From Gemmatimonadetes bacterium 13_2_20CM_2_65_7 (GTDB taxonomy: Bacteria; Gemmatimonadota; Gemmatimonadetes; Gemmatimonadales; GWC2-71-9): a stretch of 64,000 nt of DNA. Each line of letters begins with the position of its first letter. Within the stretch, counting starts at the first letter, position 1. Location: contig MNDR01000083.1 in NCBI GenBank assembly GCA_001915025.1, positions 151 to 64,150 of the forward strand. The letters are read 5' to 3'. Below, piece by piece: positions 27,293 through 37,683 of this stretch. The notes under the pieces were generated by a model that saw nothing but the letters and a program-made list of their open reading frames with translations, searched no databases and was not told where the DNA came from. A program made the position numbers and the translations under genes.

Positions 27293-29300
27293 ACCGGCGT
27301 TCGGGCTCACCGCAAAGATCTTTCTCGCCTCGACCCTGCTGGTCGTGGCAGTGCTCGGTGTCACGTTTGGCCTCACGTCCATTCAGGCGAACCGCACGGC
27401 GGACGCGTCGATTCACCGAGCCCTCCTGGCCACGCGCCGCGCGGTCGACGACTATCTGGCCGCGCGCACGCGCACGCTGAGCCGCGCCAGCACCGTCGCC
27501 ACCGACGTGCCCCAATACCGCCAGCGGCTCCTGAACCAGCGGGATCGTGCCGAAGCACTCGATCAGGCGGACGACGTGCGCGGCCTGATCGGCGCGGCGT
27601 GGGTTTTAGTGACGAACAGCGAGGGGGTTCTCATCGCGCGCACCGACTACCGGGAGCAGTACGATCGGGACCTGTCGGTGGCGCCGCTCGTCGCCAATGC
27701 GCTGAGCGGCGATCAGACGAGCGGCGCGTGGCTCGATGACGTGCAGGGAACGATGTTCATCGCGATCGGGACGCCGCTGCGCGACCGTCCCACCGCGGCG
27801 CCGCTCGGCGCCCTGGTTGCGACCTATCAGATCGACGATTCGCTCGCCCAGGCGATCAAGCAGACCACCAATTCCGACGTGGTGTTCTTCTCGCTCGACA
27901 CGCTCAATCGGCCGGTCGTGGTCGGCAGCACGGTTCCCGCGCAGGAGATCGGTCCGGTGTTACGCGACGCGGTCCGCGCCGAGTCGCTCGCCGCCGACAC
28001 GGGTGGGGCGGGCATGGCGCTCGTTGCGTCGATGGGTGGCCAGCATCTCATCGGCCTCGCGGGCGCGATCCGTTCCCCGGGCGGGGACGTCAGAGGCGGC
28101 TTTGTGGCGCTCCGCTCGCGCGAGGCGGAGCTGGCGGCATTCAATGCGCTGCGCCGCACGATGTTCTTCGCGATTGGGTTGGGGATCGTGCTGGCGCTGG
28201 TCTTCGCGTTCGTGCAGGCGCGCCAGATCAGCGGGCCGGTCCGGCGACTCGCGCTGGCGACACGGCAGGTGCAGGACGGCGACTACAGCGTCAACATCGA
28301 CGTGAAATCGAAGGACGAGATCGGGGTCCTGTCACAGGCGTTCAAGAGCCTCGTCGAGGATCTGAAGGAGAAAGCGGCGCTGGTCGATTACATGATGGCC
28401 GCGTCCGGCGCCGCGGCCACGCAGCCGCTTGCGTCCGTCCCGACCGTCATCAGGGACGCGGCCGGCGGTCAGATGCGACCGGGTGCGGTGTTCGCCGGCC
28501 GCTACGAGGTGAAAGAAATCCTCGGCGCGGGAGGAATGGGCGTCGTATATCGCGCGTTCGATCGCGAGCTGCAAGAGCCGGTCGCCATCAAGACGCTGAG
28601 GCCGGAAGCGATGGCGGGCGGCACAGTCGCGCTCGATCGCTTCAAGCAGGAAATCCGCCTGGCGCGCCGCATCGCGCACCGCAACGTCGTGCGCACGTAC
28701 GATCTCGGCGAAGTGAATGGGACGTACTACCTCACGATGGAGTACGTCGAAGGCACGTCGCTCAAACAGCTCATCGCTTCGCGCGGACGGTTACCGGTCG
28801 CCGTGACGTTGACGGTCGGCAAACAGTTGTGTCGAGCGCTCGAAGTCGCCCACGCCGAAGGCATTATTCACCGCGACATCAAACCGCAGAACATGGTCGT
28901 CGATCCCAGCGGTTTTCTGAAGGTGATGGACTTCGGTATCGCGCGGCTCGCCAATCCGCCCAAGGGCAAAGGGCTGACCGAGGCGGGGATATCGATCGGA
29001 ACTCCCGATTACATGTCGCCCGAGCAGCTCTCCGGCGCCGATCTCGATCCACGCAGCGACCTCTATTCGGCGGGTGTGGTGCTGTTCGAGTGTTTGACTG
29101 GCCGTGTGCCGTTTGAAGCAGACACGACGTGGGCGCTCGTCGCGAAGCATCTGGAGGAGGAGCCGCCCAATCCGCGCACACTCAACGCGGACGTACCGGA
29201 GGCTCTGGCGATAGTGATTCTTAAGGCGATGGCAAAGGATCGTGAGAAGCGATTCCCGACGGCGGCGGAGATGTTCGACGCCCTGGCGCGCATCGGCTGA
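27270..29300 (+). CDS. Membrane Ser/Thr protein kinase with Cache-like sensor and HAMP domain
   Basis: TM, extracytoplasmic domain, TM, HAMP (GDYSV...DEIGVLSQAF). Kinase motifs LGAGGMGVVY, VAIK, HRDIKPQN, DFG, GTPDYMSPEQ and SDLYSAG. Confidence 0.93.
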   Translation: MPDASATKPAFGLTAKIFLASTLLVVAVLGVTFGLTSIQANRTADASIHRALLATRRAVDDYLAARTRTLSRASTVATDVPQYRQRLLNQRDRAEALDQADDVRGLIGAAWVLVTNSEGVLIARTDYREQYDRDLSVAPLVANALSGDQTSGAWLDDVQGTMFIAIGTPLRDRPTAAPLGALVATYQIDDSLAQAIKQTTNSDVVFFSLDTLNRPVVVGSTVPAQEIGPVLRDAVRAESLAADTGGAGMALVASMGGQHLIGLAGAIRSPGGDVRGGFVALRSREAELAAFNALRRTMFFAIGLGIVLALVFAFVQARQISGPVRRLALATRQVQDGDYSVNIDVKSKDEIGVLSQAFKSLVEDLKEKAALVDYMMAASGAAATQPLASVPTVIRDAAGGQMRPGAVFAGRYEVKEILGAGGMGVVYRAFDRELQEPVAIKTLRPEAMAGGTVALDRFKQEIRLARRIAHRNVVRTYDLGEVNGTYYLTMEYVEGTSLKQLIASRGRLPVAVTLTVGKQLCRALEVAHAEGIIHRDIKPQNMVVDPSGFLKVMDFGIARLANPPKGKGLTEAGISIGTPDYMSPEQLSGADLDPRSDLYSAGVVLFECLTGRVPFEADTTWALVAKHLEEEPPNPRTLNADVPEALAIVILKAMAKDREKRFPTAAEMFDALARIG

Positions 29301-29522
29301 TTACATCCGCTTTTTCTTTTTCAGCAAGTGCATCGTGGCGCTGTCGTTCCCCCGCGCCATCTCACCGCCCGGCATCGTGTCCAACATGCTGTCGGCCTTC
29401 ATGGGGTTCTTGATCATCGCGGAGTCAGCCGGCGGCATCACCGTGCGGTCGGCCATGTCGCGATTCTTGCGGCACGCCAGTGCGGCAACGACGATCAGGA
29501 GCGTCAGACTCCGCCGAACCAT
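29301..29522 (-). CDS. Small methionine-rich lipoprotein (73 aa)
   Basis: MVRRSLTLLIVVAALAC lipoprotein signal; 9 Met in the 56 residues after Cys. Overlaps the stop of the MsrP-like gene. Confidence 0.7.
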   Translation of the reverse strand: MVRRSLTLLIVVAALACRKNRDMADRTVMPPADSAMIKNPMKADSMLDTMPGGEMARGNDSATMHLLKKKKRM

Positions 29523-30208
29523 GGGTATCCCTGATCCTCCCAGTAGCCGCCGGGCCGTTGGGCGGTGAACGTCATCGAGACGAGATACTTCGTCAGCTTG
29601 TAGCCGAGTTTCGTGGGCGAATAGAGTCGCAGTGGCGCGCCATGGGCCGCTGGGAGCGGATTGTCGTTCATGCCGTACGCCAGGATCGTCTGCGGATGTA
29701 TCGCGCTCGCCAGATCCCAGCCGTTTGAATAATCGGAATCGAAAGAGACGAACCGTATGAAGCGGGCTTCGGGCAGCGGGTCGCAGCGCTCCACGATCGT
29801 CGAAACGGGGACGCCGTGCCAACTCGCGATGGCGGACCACCCCTCGACACAGTGATGCTTGACCGTGTAGGTCGTCCGCGGCAGCGCCTGCAAATCGTCG
29901 AGTGAGAGTGACATCGGCCTGCGCACGAGCCCAGTGACGAGCAGCCGCCACGTTGCCGGATCCTTCAGCACGGGCGTCATCGGCGAGATGAAGTAGCTCG
30001 GTAGATGCGCCGTGCGCTCCGAAACCGGATACTGCGGCGCGAGCCGATGTGCGGAGAACAGAATCTTCTCGCCCACCCAGTCGTTCAGGCGACTGACGTC
30101 GAGCAGCGCCGGCCGAATGGCGTTGCCTCCATCCCAGCCACACGCGGCCGCGAGCGACGCCGGGCCCGCGCCGGCGGCGAGCCGGAGAAAGCCGCGGCGG
30201 TCAATCAT
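29504..30208 (-). CDS. Tat-exported molybdopterin oxidoreductase, sulfite oxidase family (MsrP/YedY-like)
   Basis: DRRGFL Tat motif and possible lipobox AAAC. HCVEGWS (Mo-ligating Cys), HGAPLRL..P.KLGYK..K and GGYWED.GY.W. Confidence 0.88.
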   Translation of the reverse strand: MIDRRGFLRLAAGAGPASLAAACGWDGGNAIRPALLDVSRLNDWVGEKILFSAHRLAPQYPVSERTAHLPSYFISPMTPVLKDPATWRLLVTGLVRRPMSLSLDDLQALPRTTYTVKHHCVEGWSAIASWHGVPVSTIVERCDPLPEARFIRFVSFDSDYSNGWDLASAIHPQTILAYGMNDNPLPAAHGAPLRLYSPTKLGYKLTKYLVSMTFTAQRPGGYWEDQGYPWFGGV

Positions 30209-30908
30209 GGCTGGGGAATCGGCCGCGATACCAGCCGGTGATCATGGCGCGCAAGGATGCTGGGTCGACGACGAACACGAGGAGCACGTGAACGACGAGA
30301 AATGCCGTGAAAAACCACACCGCCCAGAAATGCCAGTACCGCGCTGCCTGGAAGCCACCGAAAAGGGCCGTGAGCCAGGAGAGCTGCGTCGGTTTGTAAA
30401 TGGCAAAGCCGGTGAGTACGGAGAGGGCGCCGAGAAAAATGATGAAAGTGTAGGCGAGTTTTTGCAGTGGGTTGTGCTTGCCTTGCGCGGGATGTTCCTT
30501 CCGCAGCCGCAAGTAGTACTTCTGCATTTCGATTGCGCCGCGAATGTCGCGCGGCCGGAACAACAAGGATCGCCACTCCCCGCTGGTGACGAGATACGAG
30601 AGATAGAACAGACCTGCCGCGATGAACGGCCACATCAGCGTGAAGTGCCAATTCAATCCGCCCGCGAGCCAGCCACCGAGGCGGACGGAACGAGGAAACT
30701 CCCGATCCTGAAACGGATTGATGTAGTAGGGACCGCCACGCTCACCGAAGCGCGCGTAGGCGGTGTAAATCTGCAGCCCGCTCGCGACCATTCCGGCGAG
30801 CAACACGAACGTCGCCCAATGCGTGAGGCGGACGATCCAGTGATGACGCTTTACTTGAACGGGAACAGACGAAGCAGGTGCGGCCGGTGGGGCGGGGGGA
30901 GCCGTCAT
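30201..30908 (-). CDS. Di-heme membrane cytochrome b (Ni-hydrogenase/FDH cytochrome b type), redox partner of the MsrP-like enzyme
   Basis: VRLTHW, LNWHF, GKHNPLQKLAY, RYWHF, VVHV and LRAMITG. Confidence 0.88.
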   Translation of the reverse strand: MTAPPAPPAAPASSVPVQVKRHHWIVRLTHWATFVLLAGMVASGLQIYTAYARFGERGGPYYINPFQDREFPRSVRLGGWLAGGLNWHFTLMWPFIAAGLFYLSYLVTSGEWRSLLFRPRDIRGAIEMQKYYLRLRKEHPAQGKHNPLQKLAYTFIIFLGALSVLTGFAIYKPTQLSWLTALFGGFQAARYWHFWAVWFFTAFLVVHVLLVFVVDPASLRAMITGWYRGRFPSHD

Positions 30909-30929
30909 GCGACAAGTATATTGTCTGCC
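30909..30929. promoter_or_regulatory. Bidirectional overlapping -10 elements, both transcripts leaderless
   Basis: Top strand TATATT-N7-ATG(30930); bottom strand TATACT-N6-ATG(30908). Both sit inside the inverted repeat GACAA-GTATA-TTGTC, and neither side has an SD. Confidence 0.65.
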
Positions 30930-31454
30930 ATGCGCCTGGCAACGCTTTGCATCATTGGAATCCTCTCATCATGTCGGCCCGCACCGCGCGATGCCTACGT
31001 TCCGAATCGGAGCGACAGCCTCGCGTTCAATGACATGGCGGCTCACGACTCGGCGGACAGCGCGCTGCTCACGCCGCGAGTCGTCACGGGCCCGACCGTC
31101 ATCGTCTTCTGGCTGCCTGCCGCGGACACGTTGAGCGCCGACGATCAGGCGCAGGCTCTCGACGACCTCAACAATGCCACCGATCACATCGCGCCGATGC
31201 TCAAGCGGCACGACATCAAGCTCCTGCCGACGAACGCCGAGACGATCTACGTGGCGCTGCCCAATCACCAGCGGCGCACGATTCTGTTGTCGGGCGTCGA
31301 CTACCCGTTCGGTTACGTCCTGGTAGAGCCGGGGACCGCCGAGCGCATTCTCGCCGGCGTGTACAACGACGATGAGCTGAAAGACGAGCTCGAAGCGTAT
31401 TTCGACTTGCCCCCCGGCGCAGATTCGACCGCTACCGGTCCGCGGATCTCCTGA
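30930..31454 (+). CDS. Hypothetical lipoprotein
   Basis: MRLATLCIIGILSSC lipobox. The upstream part of the 480-aa track ORF is antisense to other genes. Confidence 0.75.
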   Translation: MRLATLCIIGILSSCRPAPRDAYVPNRSDSLAFNDMAAHDSADSALLTPRVVTGPTVIVFWLPAADTLSADDQAQALDDLNNATDHIAPMLKRHDIKLLPTNAETIYVALPNHQRRTILLSGVDYPFGYVLVEPGTAERILAGVYNDDELKDELEAYFDLPPGADSTATGPRIS

Positions 31455-32785
31455 TGTCGCTGCTGCTTCGCGGCGGCCGGGTGGTCACAATGGATCCGTC
31501 GCGGCGCATTCTGGAAGCCGACATTCTCGTAGAAACAGGCCGAATCAAGAGCGTTGGAACGTTGGAACGTCGGAAGGTTGGGACGAAAAAGCCCCTCATC
31601 CTCGACTGTACGGGGCTGATCGTTCTTCCCGGGTTAGTGCAAGCCCACATCCATCTTTGTCAAACGCTGTTCCGGGGCCTAGCGGAGGATCTCACCCTCG
31701 AGGCATGGCTCGCCCAGCGCATCTGGCCGCTCGAAGCGGCGCACACCGAGACTTCGATTTATTGGTCGGCGATGCTGGGCGCGGCCGAGCTCCTGCTCGG
31801 CGGCACCACGGCGATCCTCGACATGGAATCGGTGCGACACACCGGCGCCGCATTCGAAGCGCTCGAATCAATCGGCATCCGCGCGACCGCGGGCAAGTGT
31901 CTCATGGACGCTCCCTCGAGCCCGTCCGCTCTGCGCGAATCAACCGATCTTGCGTTGCAGGAGAGCGCGGCCCTCTGTGCGCGTTGGCACGGCGCCGCGG
32001 GCGGCCGATTGCGTTACTGCTTTGCGCCACGGTTCGCGCCAAGCTGCACTGGGCCGTTGCTGAGGGCGGTGAGCGATCTCGCTGAGAAGGCCGGCGCCGT
32101 CGTCCACACGCATGCCGCCGAAACGCCGCTCGAGCTGGAGCTCGTGAAGCGCGAACGCGGCAATGACGAAATCGCCTATCTCGACTCGGTCGGCATTTCG
32201 GGGCCGCGGGCCGCGCTGGCGCACTGCGTGTGGGTCGATAAAGAGGGAATTGCGCGCCTCGCGCGCCAGGCCACCAACGTCGTCCATTGTCCCAGCTCGA
32301 ACCTGAAACTGGGCAGCGGGATCGCACCGATTCCGGAAATGCTCGCGGCCGGCTGTCGCGTCGGGATCGGTGCGGACGGCGCTCCGTGCAATAACCGTCT
32401 GGACGTGTTCACGGAGATGCGGCTCGCGGCCCTGATTCAGAAGCCGCGCCATGGGCCCGATTCCCTGCCGGCCGCGCACGTGCTCGAGCTTGCCACGCTC
32501 GGCGGCGCGCGCGCGTTGGGGCTTCAAGCGGAGATCGGCTCTATAGAAGAGGGGAAGTGCGCGGATTTAGTGGTGCTGGATCTCGAAGAACCACACGCGC
32601 AGCCCGAGGACGCCGATCTGGTTTCGCGGATCGTCTACAGTGCCCAGGCCGCTGACGTTCGCCATGTGGTCGTCGATGGCCACGTCGTCGTCCACGATGG
32701 TGTTCTCAAAACCGCCGATACCAGGGAGATCCGCCGTGGCGCGAATACTGAGGCTCGTCGCCTGCGCCGCGCTGTGGGCATCTAG
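31454..32785 (+). CDS. Metal-dependent amidohydrolase (MTA/SAH or 5'-deoxyadenosine deaminase-like)
   Basis: LPGLVQAHIH, HTHAAET, LAHCVW, HCPSSNLKLGSG, GADGAPCNN and GSIEEGK.ADL. Confidence 0.9.
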   Translation: MSLLLRGGRVVTMDPSRRILEADILVETGRIKSVGTLERRKVGTKKPLILDCTGLIVLPGLVQAHIHLCQTLFRGLAEDLTLEAWLAQRIWPLEAAHTETSIYWSAMLGAAELLLGGTTAILDMESVRHTGAAFEALESIGIRATAGKCLMDAPSSPSALRESTDLALQESAALCARWHGAAGGRLRYCFAPRFAPSCTGPLLRAVSDLAEKAGAVVHTHAAETPLELELVKRERGNDEIAYLDSVGISGPRAALAHCVWVDKEGIARLARQATNVVHCPSSNLKLGSGIAPIPEMLAAGCRVGIGADGAPCNNRLDVFTEMRLAALIQKPRHGPDSLPAAHVLELATLGGARALGLQAEIGSIEEGKCADLVVLDLEEPHAQPEDADLVSRIVYSAQAADVRHVVVDGHVVVHDGVLKTADTREIRRGANTEARRLRRAVGI

Positions 32786-33731
32786 CCTCAGCGCGCAAGG
32801 AGACAGTCTCTATACGGCATGGTGCAGTCACTGCCATGGCGCCGATGCCCGCGGCACGCCCGCGGCGACAACCAAACTCGACGTGCCGCCGGCCGATCTT
32901 GCGTCGTGCGCCGCATCCACGGCGGAGACGGAAGACCGTTGGGTCGGGATCGTCACGCGTGGCGGGGCGGCCTTTGGCTTGTCGCTCGATATGCCCGCGT
33001 ACGGCGAGGGTGCGACACGCGATCAAATCCGCATGGTCGTCCGTTACGTGCGCTCGCTGTGCGGCGAGCACGGCTGGCCTCCCGGCGAGCTGAACTTTGC
33101 GCGAGGCTTTCTCATCGAGAAGGCCTTCCCAGAGAATGAGCTTATCGCCGTCGCGCATGCATATGAACAACAGCTCATTTACGAGCGGCGCATGGGCCGT
33201 CGCTTCCAGTTCGAAGCAGAAGCGACGACCGTCCTCGATTCACAGGGCCGCCCATTTGAGTCCGTAACGGGTGCTCTCAAGTACAACATCTGGCACAGCC
33301 TCGAGCATCGTGCTCTCGCCACGCTGGGTGTCGAGGCGACGCCCCCGCTCGGCCGGCGCGACCGGTGGGAGCTCGCGCCGTACCTGTCGGCCGGCGCAGA
33401 ACGGCTCGGTTTCACCATCCAAGGCCAGGCGGTGGCGAGTTGGGAAGAGGCCCGAGGTATTGCGGGTGCGTCGTACCGGTTGGGCATCAGCCATGAGATT
33501 GCCGCAAGACGATTGGTGCCGATGATCGAAGCGGGGTGGGACGTGCCGCAGGCCGGCGCAAATGCCCTTTCCCTCTATCCTCAGCTCTGGATCAAGCTGT
33601 CACGGCTCGGTCACGTCGCAGGATGTCTCGGCGCCGAGGTTCCCGTGACCGGCGTGTCACCGCCCCGATCGAAGCTGATCGCGTTTCTGCTGTGGGATTT
33701 TGGTGACGCGCCGCTACTCCGCGGTTGGTGA
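32736..33731 (+). CDS. Monoheme cytochrome c fused to a probable small beta-barrel
   Basis: GGGAG SD before GTG 32736, signal peptide, CSHCH and distal Met DMPAY. C-terminal about 200 aa of alternating amphipathic strands, ending in W. Confidence 0.72.
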   Translation: MARILRLVACAALWASSLSAQGDSLYTAWCSHCHGADARGTPAATTKLDVPPADLASCAASTAETEDRWVGIVTRGGAAFGLSLDMPAYGEGATRDQIRMVVRYVRSLCGEHGWPPGELNFARGFLIEKAFPENELIAVAHAYEQQLIYERRMGRRFQFEAEATTVLDSQGRPFESVTGALKYNIWHSLEHRALATLGVEATPPLGRRDRWELAPYLSAGAERLGFTIQGQAVASWEEARGIAGASYRLGISHEIAARRLVPMIEAGWDVPQAGANALSLYPQLWIKLSRLGHVAGCLGAEVPVTGVSPPRSKLIAFLLWDFGDAPLLRGW

Positions 33732-35354
33732 CGGTCCTCCGCCGTTCACGCGGAAGCGCCGGATCGTCTGTGCCAGCTGCGTCGCGGCTTCTGACAACCG
33801 CTGCGACGTCGTTGTGAGCTCGCCAAGCGACGCGAACTGGTGAGCGGTGGCGGCAGACGTCTGGCGCGCACCGCTTGCCGCGCCATCGGCGATCGCCGCG
33901 ACTTCTTCCATACGGCGCAGCACCTCACGCATGCGCTTCGTTTGATTCTCTGTTTCGACCGCGAATGAAGTCGCGAACTGCACCGTCGTATTGAGGTCGG
34001 AGAAAATCGCGTCGAGCGCCCCCTGTACGGTCGTGGCGACGCTGCCGACGCCCTGCGCCGCTTCACGACCTTGCTGCATCGCCTCTACTACCCGACCTAT
34101 CTGGCCCTGCGTTTGCCGCACCCGGGTGCGCACCTCTTCCGCGGATCGCGCGCTCTGCTCGGCGAGCTTCCGCACCTCGCCCGCGACGACGCGGAATCCT
34201 AACCCATGCTCGCCGGCGCGCGCGGCTTCGATGGCCGCGTTGAGCGCGAGCAAATCGGTTTGACTCGCAATGCGCGTGATCCCGTCCACGAGCTTGCCGA
34301 TTTCCCGTGATTCACGATCGAGCTCGATCGCGACCTGTGCCGCGTGATCCATGTGCACGAGCAGATTCATCAAGTACGTGCTCGCCCGGGATACCTCTTC
34401 GCCGCGGCGATGCGCCTGTAAGGCGATCTCGGTGATCCGTCGCTCCGCTTCCTGGGCGCGCGCGTGCAACGTGGTCGCGAGACCCGACGCTGCTTCCGAG
34501 TCCTCGCGGCCGGAGACGATGAGCTGGCGTTGACGCTCCGTTCCTTCCGACAGGTGGTCAGTGGTCGTCGAGATCTCCTGCGAAGCGGTTTGCAGGTCGC
34601 GTGCGGAAACGGCGAGCTCACGCGCCATGGCGGCGAGCGCGTGGCCCTGCTTGCCGATTTCGCGGATGATGTCGGTGATGGCCGCAGTCGTGCGGTTGAC
34701 GCTGACACTGAGGTATCCGATTTCGTCGGCGGCGAGGCCTTCGCCCGCTTCCATCTGCCGCGTCAGGTCCCCACGTTCGATCTCGCCGAGCACGCCGCGC
34801 GCGTGCCGCAGCCGCTCGATGATCTGCGCGAGCATGGGAACGAGGGCGACGCAGGCGAAGACCAGCACGAGTCCTTCCTGCACATAAAGCGACCACGGCC
34901 AGCCATGGCCCGCGACCTGCGCTACGGCAGTCACGAGGGCGAACGCAACCAAATTGGTGATCAACGCGCCCCAGGCGTCGCGTCGCTCGAGATACAATGC
35001 CGCTTGCAGCGGCGCGATCAGATAGGCGCCGTAGAGCACGTGGCCGCTCGCGCCCATCGCGAACAAGACCGCCGAGATCAGGAGACAGCCGACGACCAGA
35101 TTGAGCTGTGCGTACCACGGCTGGAACGGCGCGCGCTGCACCAGCCGGCGCACGCCCGCGTTGGCGCCGGCAAAGATCGCGGCGAACGCGAGCATGAACC
35201 ACGACGAGATCGCACCGATGCCGGCGACCTTTACGATGCCGAGCAGCAGGATGCCGAAGCCGACGAATCCCCAGCGCGCCCGCGTGTTCGCAAGCACATA
35301 TTGCCGCTGCTTGGCGAGCCGTTCGTCGAGGAGCTGAGCCCCCAGACTGTTCAC
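33714..35354 (-). CDS. Methyl-accepting chemotaxis-like protein with multi-TM sensor
   Basis: About 6 TM segments, HAMP, and signalling motif [40 protein letters not shown]. Confidence 0.92.
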   Translation of the reverse strand: MNSLGAQLLDERLAKQRQYVLANTRARWGFVGFGILLLGIVKVAGIGAISSWFMLAFAAIFAGANAGVRRLVQRAPFQPWYAQLNLVVGCLLISAVLFAMGASGHVLYGAYLIAPLQAALYLERRDAWGALITNLVAFALVTAVAQVAGHGWPWSLYVQEGLVLVFACVALVPMLAQIIERLRHARGVLGEIERGDLTRQMEAGEGLAADEIGYLSVSVNRTTAAITDIIREIGKQGHALAAMARELAVSARDLQTASQEISTTTDHLSEGTERQRQLIVSGREDSEAASGLATTLHARAQEAERRITEIALQAHRRGEEVSRASTYLMNLLVHMDHAAQVAIELDRESREIGKLVDGITRIASQTDLLALNAAIEAARAGEHGLGFRVVAGEVRKLAEQSARSAEEVRTRVRQTQGQIGRVVEAMQQGREAAQGVGSVATTVQGALDAIFSDLNTTVQFATSFAVETENQTKRMREVLRRMEEVAAIADGAASGARQTSAATAHQFASLGELTTTSQRLSEAATQLAQTIRRFRVNGGGPSPTAE

Positions 35355-37669
35355 ATCCGGAATAGGTAGCTGGCCTTCAGGAAAAAGCCGTCGCCGGTGC
35401 GCGTGAGCCGGCCGAAGCTGAACGGCTCCGGCTCCGTGAGTGACGAACCGTATCCAAAGAACAACACCGTTCCCGGAGTAGGCCTGTAGGAAAAGAGAAA
35501 GTCGTTGCGGAACTCGGTATCGGTGTGGCGCGGCTGGAACTGACCTTTGACGACCAGCGAATCGCCGGTGCGCGGATCACGTAACGCATCGATCTGCTGA
35601 GCGGTGTATTGGCCCACGTAGCGAAAGAAAATGTCGCGTGTCAGCTGATACTCGAGCTTGAGGCGGGGGATATTTGCGGTCGAGAACCAGCTGCCATCCG
35701 CGGCTCGCGTGAGACGCTGATGCGTCCATTGGCCATCGACGCGGACGGCGTTCGTCGGCTTCCAGGTGACTCCCACAAAGGCGTTGAGCCCGCGTGATTC
35801 CGCGGCTTCGGCGAAGATCACGCCCATACCGGCGCCGACGTTGGCGTTCAGCGTGAGTGCGCGGTTCGGCGTGTTGAAGCCGATATTGCCGCCCCAGAGG
35901 TTGTAGCGCCCGTGGGGAACGACAAAGGGAATCAGGGTCCCCGCCGAGTCGACTTGATAGCCGGCGTAGTCGGGCGGATCGAAGCGCTGCTGGGCGTTCT
36001 GGTAGTTGGCGTTGACGCCCCAGCCGCCACGCAGCGTGAAGAGCCACTGCTCATTGATGTTTCCCTCGAACGTACTGGCGAGCTTGAAGAAGTCTCGATA
36101 GTGCCAAACGGGTTGGACCAGAATGAACGTGGTGGCATTCTCCAGTTCCGCGCCGAGCTTTCCATACCACGTGAAGCGATTGGCGAACCGGCCCTGCACG
36201 ATGTTGACACGATTCACAAAGCCGCTGAGCGCCGCGAAATCGGGACTGATGCCCACGAGCTCGGCATGGTTGCCGTACGAATAGCCCGTACGGTCGTAAA
36301 GTGTCACGTCCCAGAGCTGTCCCGCCCGAACCCCCAGTCCGGACCCAGCCTTTGTCCATGAGCCTACGAACTGCGCCTCGGAAAACCAGATCTTCTTCCA
36401 GATGACTCTGGCGTCGGCTCCGAACACGCGGTTCCAGGCACTCTCTACGATACGGTCCGTATAGACGAGTCCCACTGTCGAGCTGGCGCCGAGGTCGCGT
36501 CGCAAGCGCAGCAGGTTCACAATCGGATGCAACCGAGGGGTCCCGCCGTTGTCGTCCACGGAGCCGATATAGGCGACCGCCGTGCCGCCCACTTTGCCGG
36601 TCAGCTTCGCTCCGACAATAGGGGAAGTGATCCGGCGCGTATAAATCAGCGCGTTCGGTGTGTCGAACTGCTCGAGGCCTTCCAGGAAAAACGGCCGCTT
36701 TTCGGGGAAAAACAGCGCGAAGCGTTGGTTGACGGTCACCTGGCCGACGTCGGCCTCGACCTGCGAGAAATCGGGATTCACCGTACCCGCGGCGCTCAGA
36801 TTTTGCGTGACGCCCCAGCGGACGTTGACCCCCAGCTCGGGATCGATGTTGTGATAGCGGTAGGACGTGGGCGATACCGGTGCGCCGTCGAGGCGCGAGG
36901 TGAACTCCGGCGCGACGTCCATGACCAGGCCGCGGCGCAGGCCGGTGAGCGCCTTCAGCGTGCCCGATTGAATGAGAAAGCTCGCGCTGGCGCGTACCAC
37001 GGGCGCCCAGGTGTCTTCATAGCCGGTATGCTGCGTCGTGCGGATGATCTGGATGCCCCAGTCCTGGGTCGCGCCGCTCTGATAGCGGAGGCTCTTGAAG
37101 GGAATGCGCACCTCGACTTCGTAGCCCCAGGGGGTGACGCGGCCCTTTGACTGGTAGACGTAGTCGGGATTCAGATCGACGACGCCGTCGAAGCGAAAGC
37201 CGGCGTTCTGCCCGCCCGCCGCGCCTGCGAGTCCCTCACTGCGCACCCCGTCCTGTTGCACGCCGAGCGGGTTGACCGCGAACAGGAGCGCGCGGCGGCG
37301 GTCGTTGAAGGTGTCCAGGAGGAGCTGGATCTTATCGTCGGCGTCGATGTTGTCGCGGTTGGCCAGCGTCGCGCGCACGACGTTCCCATGGGCCTCGTAC
37401 GCGCGAATCCCGAAGTAGATCGCGTCCGGACCGTAAAACGCGAGCACCTCCGTGCTGTCCTCCGCCGGCCGGCTATCGACGGGGCGGTATTGCGTGAAGC
37501 CGGTGAGCAGCGCCGCTTGCTGCCAGGCCGCTTCATCGAGGACGCCGTCGACGTGCACCGACGGCGCGTCGATGCGCGGGACGCGCACCTCGATCCGATG
37601 GAGGCGGCCGTCGTAGACCGGTTGCGGATCGCCCACAGACTGGAGCAGAACGAGAAGAACGGCGAGCAT
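35351..37669 (-). CDS. DUF5916-like outer-membrane protein with CBM9-like N-terminal domain
   Basis: [45 protein letters not shown], and C-terminal [10 protein letters not shown]. Confidence 0.82.
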   Translation of the reverse strand: MLAVLLVLLQSVGDPQPVYDGRLHRIEVRVPRIDAPSVHVDGVLDEAAWQQAALLTGFTQYRPVDSRPAEDSTEVLAFYGPDAIYFGIRAYEAHGNVVRATLANRDNIDADDKIQLLLDTFNDRRRALLFAVNPLGVQQDGVRSEGLAGAAGGQNAGFRFDGVVDLNPDYVYQSKGRVTPWGYEVEVRIPFKSLRYQSGATQDWGIQIIRTTQHTGYEDTWAPVVRASASFLIQSGTLKALTGLRRGLVMDVAPEFTSRLDGAPVSPTSYRYHNIDPELGVNVRWGVTQNLSAAGTVNPDFSQVEADVGQVTVNQRFALFFPEKRPFFLEGLEQFDTPNALIYTRRITSPIVGAKLTGKVGGTAVAYIGSVDDNGGTPRLHPIVNLLRLRRDLGASSTVGLVYTDRIVESAWNRVFGADARVIWKKIWFSEAQFVGSWTKAGSGLGVRAGQLWDVTLYDRTGYSYGNHAELVGISPDFAALSGFVNRVNIVQGRFANRFTWYGKLGAELENATTFILVQPVWHYRDFFKLASTFEGNINEQWLFTLRGGWGVNANYQNAQQRFDPPDYAGYQVDSAGTLIPFVVPHGRYNLWGGNIGFNTPNRALTLNANVGAGMGVIFAEAAESRGLNAFVGVTWKPTNAVRVDGQWTHQRLTRAADGSWFSTANIPRLKLEYQLTRDIFFRYVGQYTAQQIDALRDPRTGDSLVVKGQFQPRHTDTEFRNDFLFSYRPTPGTVLFFGYGSSLTEPEPFSFGRLTRTGDGFFLKASYLFRM

Positions 37670-37683
37670 GGAACTAAAACTAC

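Noticed and set aside
30012-30929. Long N-terminal extensions given by the ORF track (for example 30012, 7900, 15642, 41662, 45869, 47919, 52815)
   Set aside because: They overlap neighbouring genes; signal peptides, SD motifs and stop/start coupling support the shorter starts used above.
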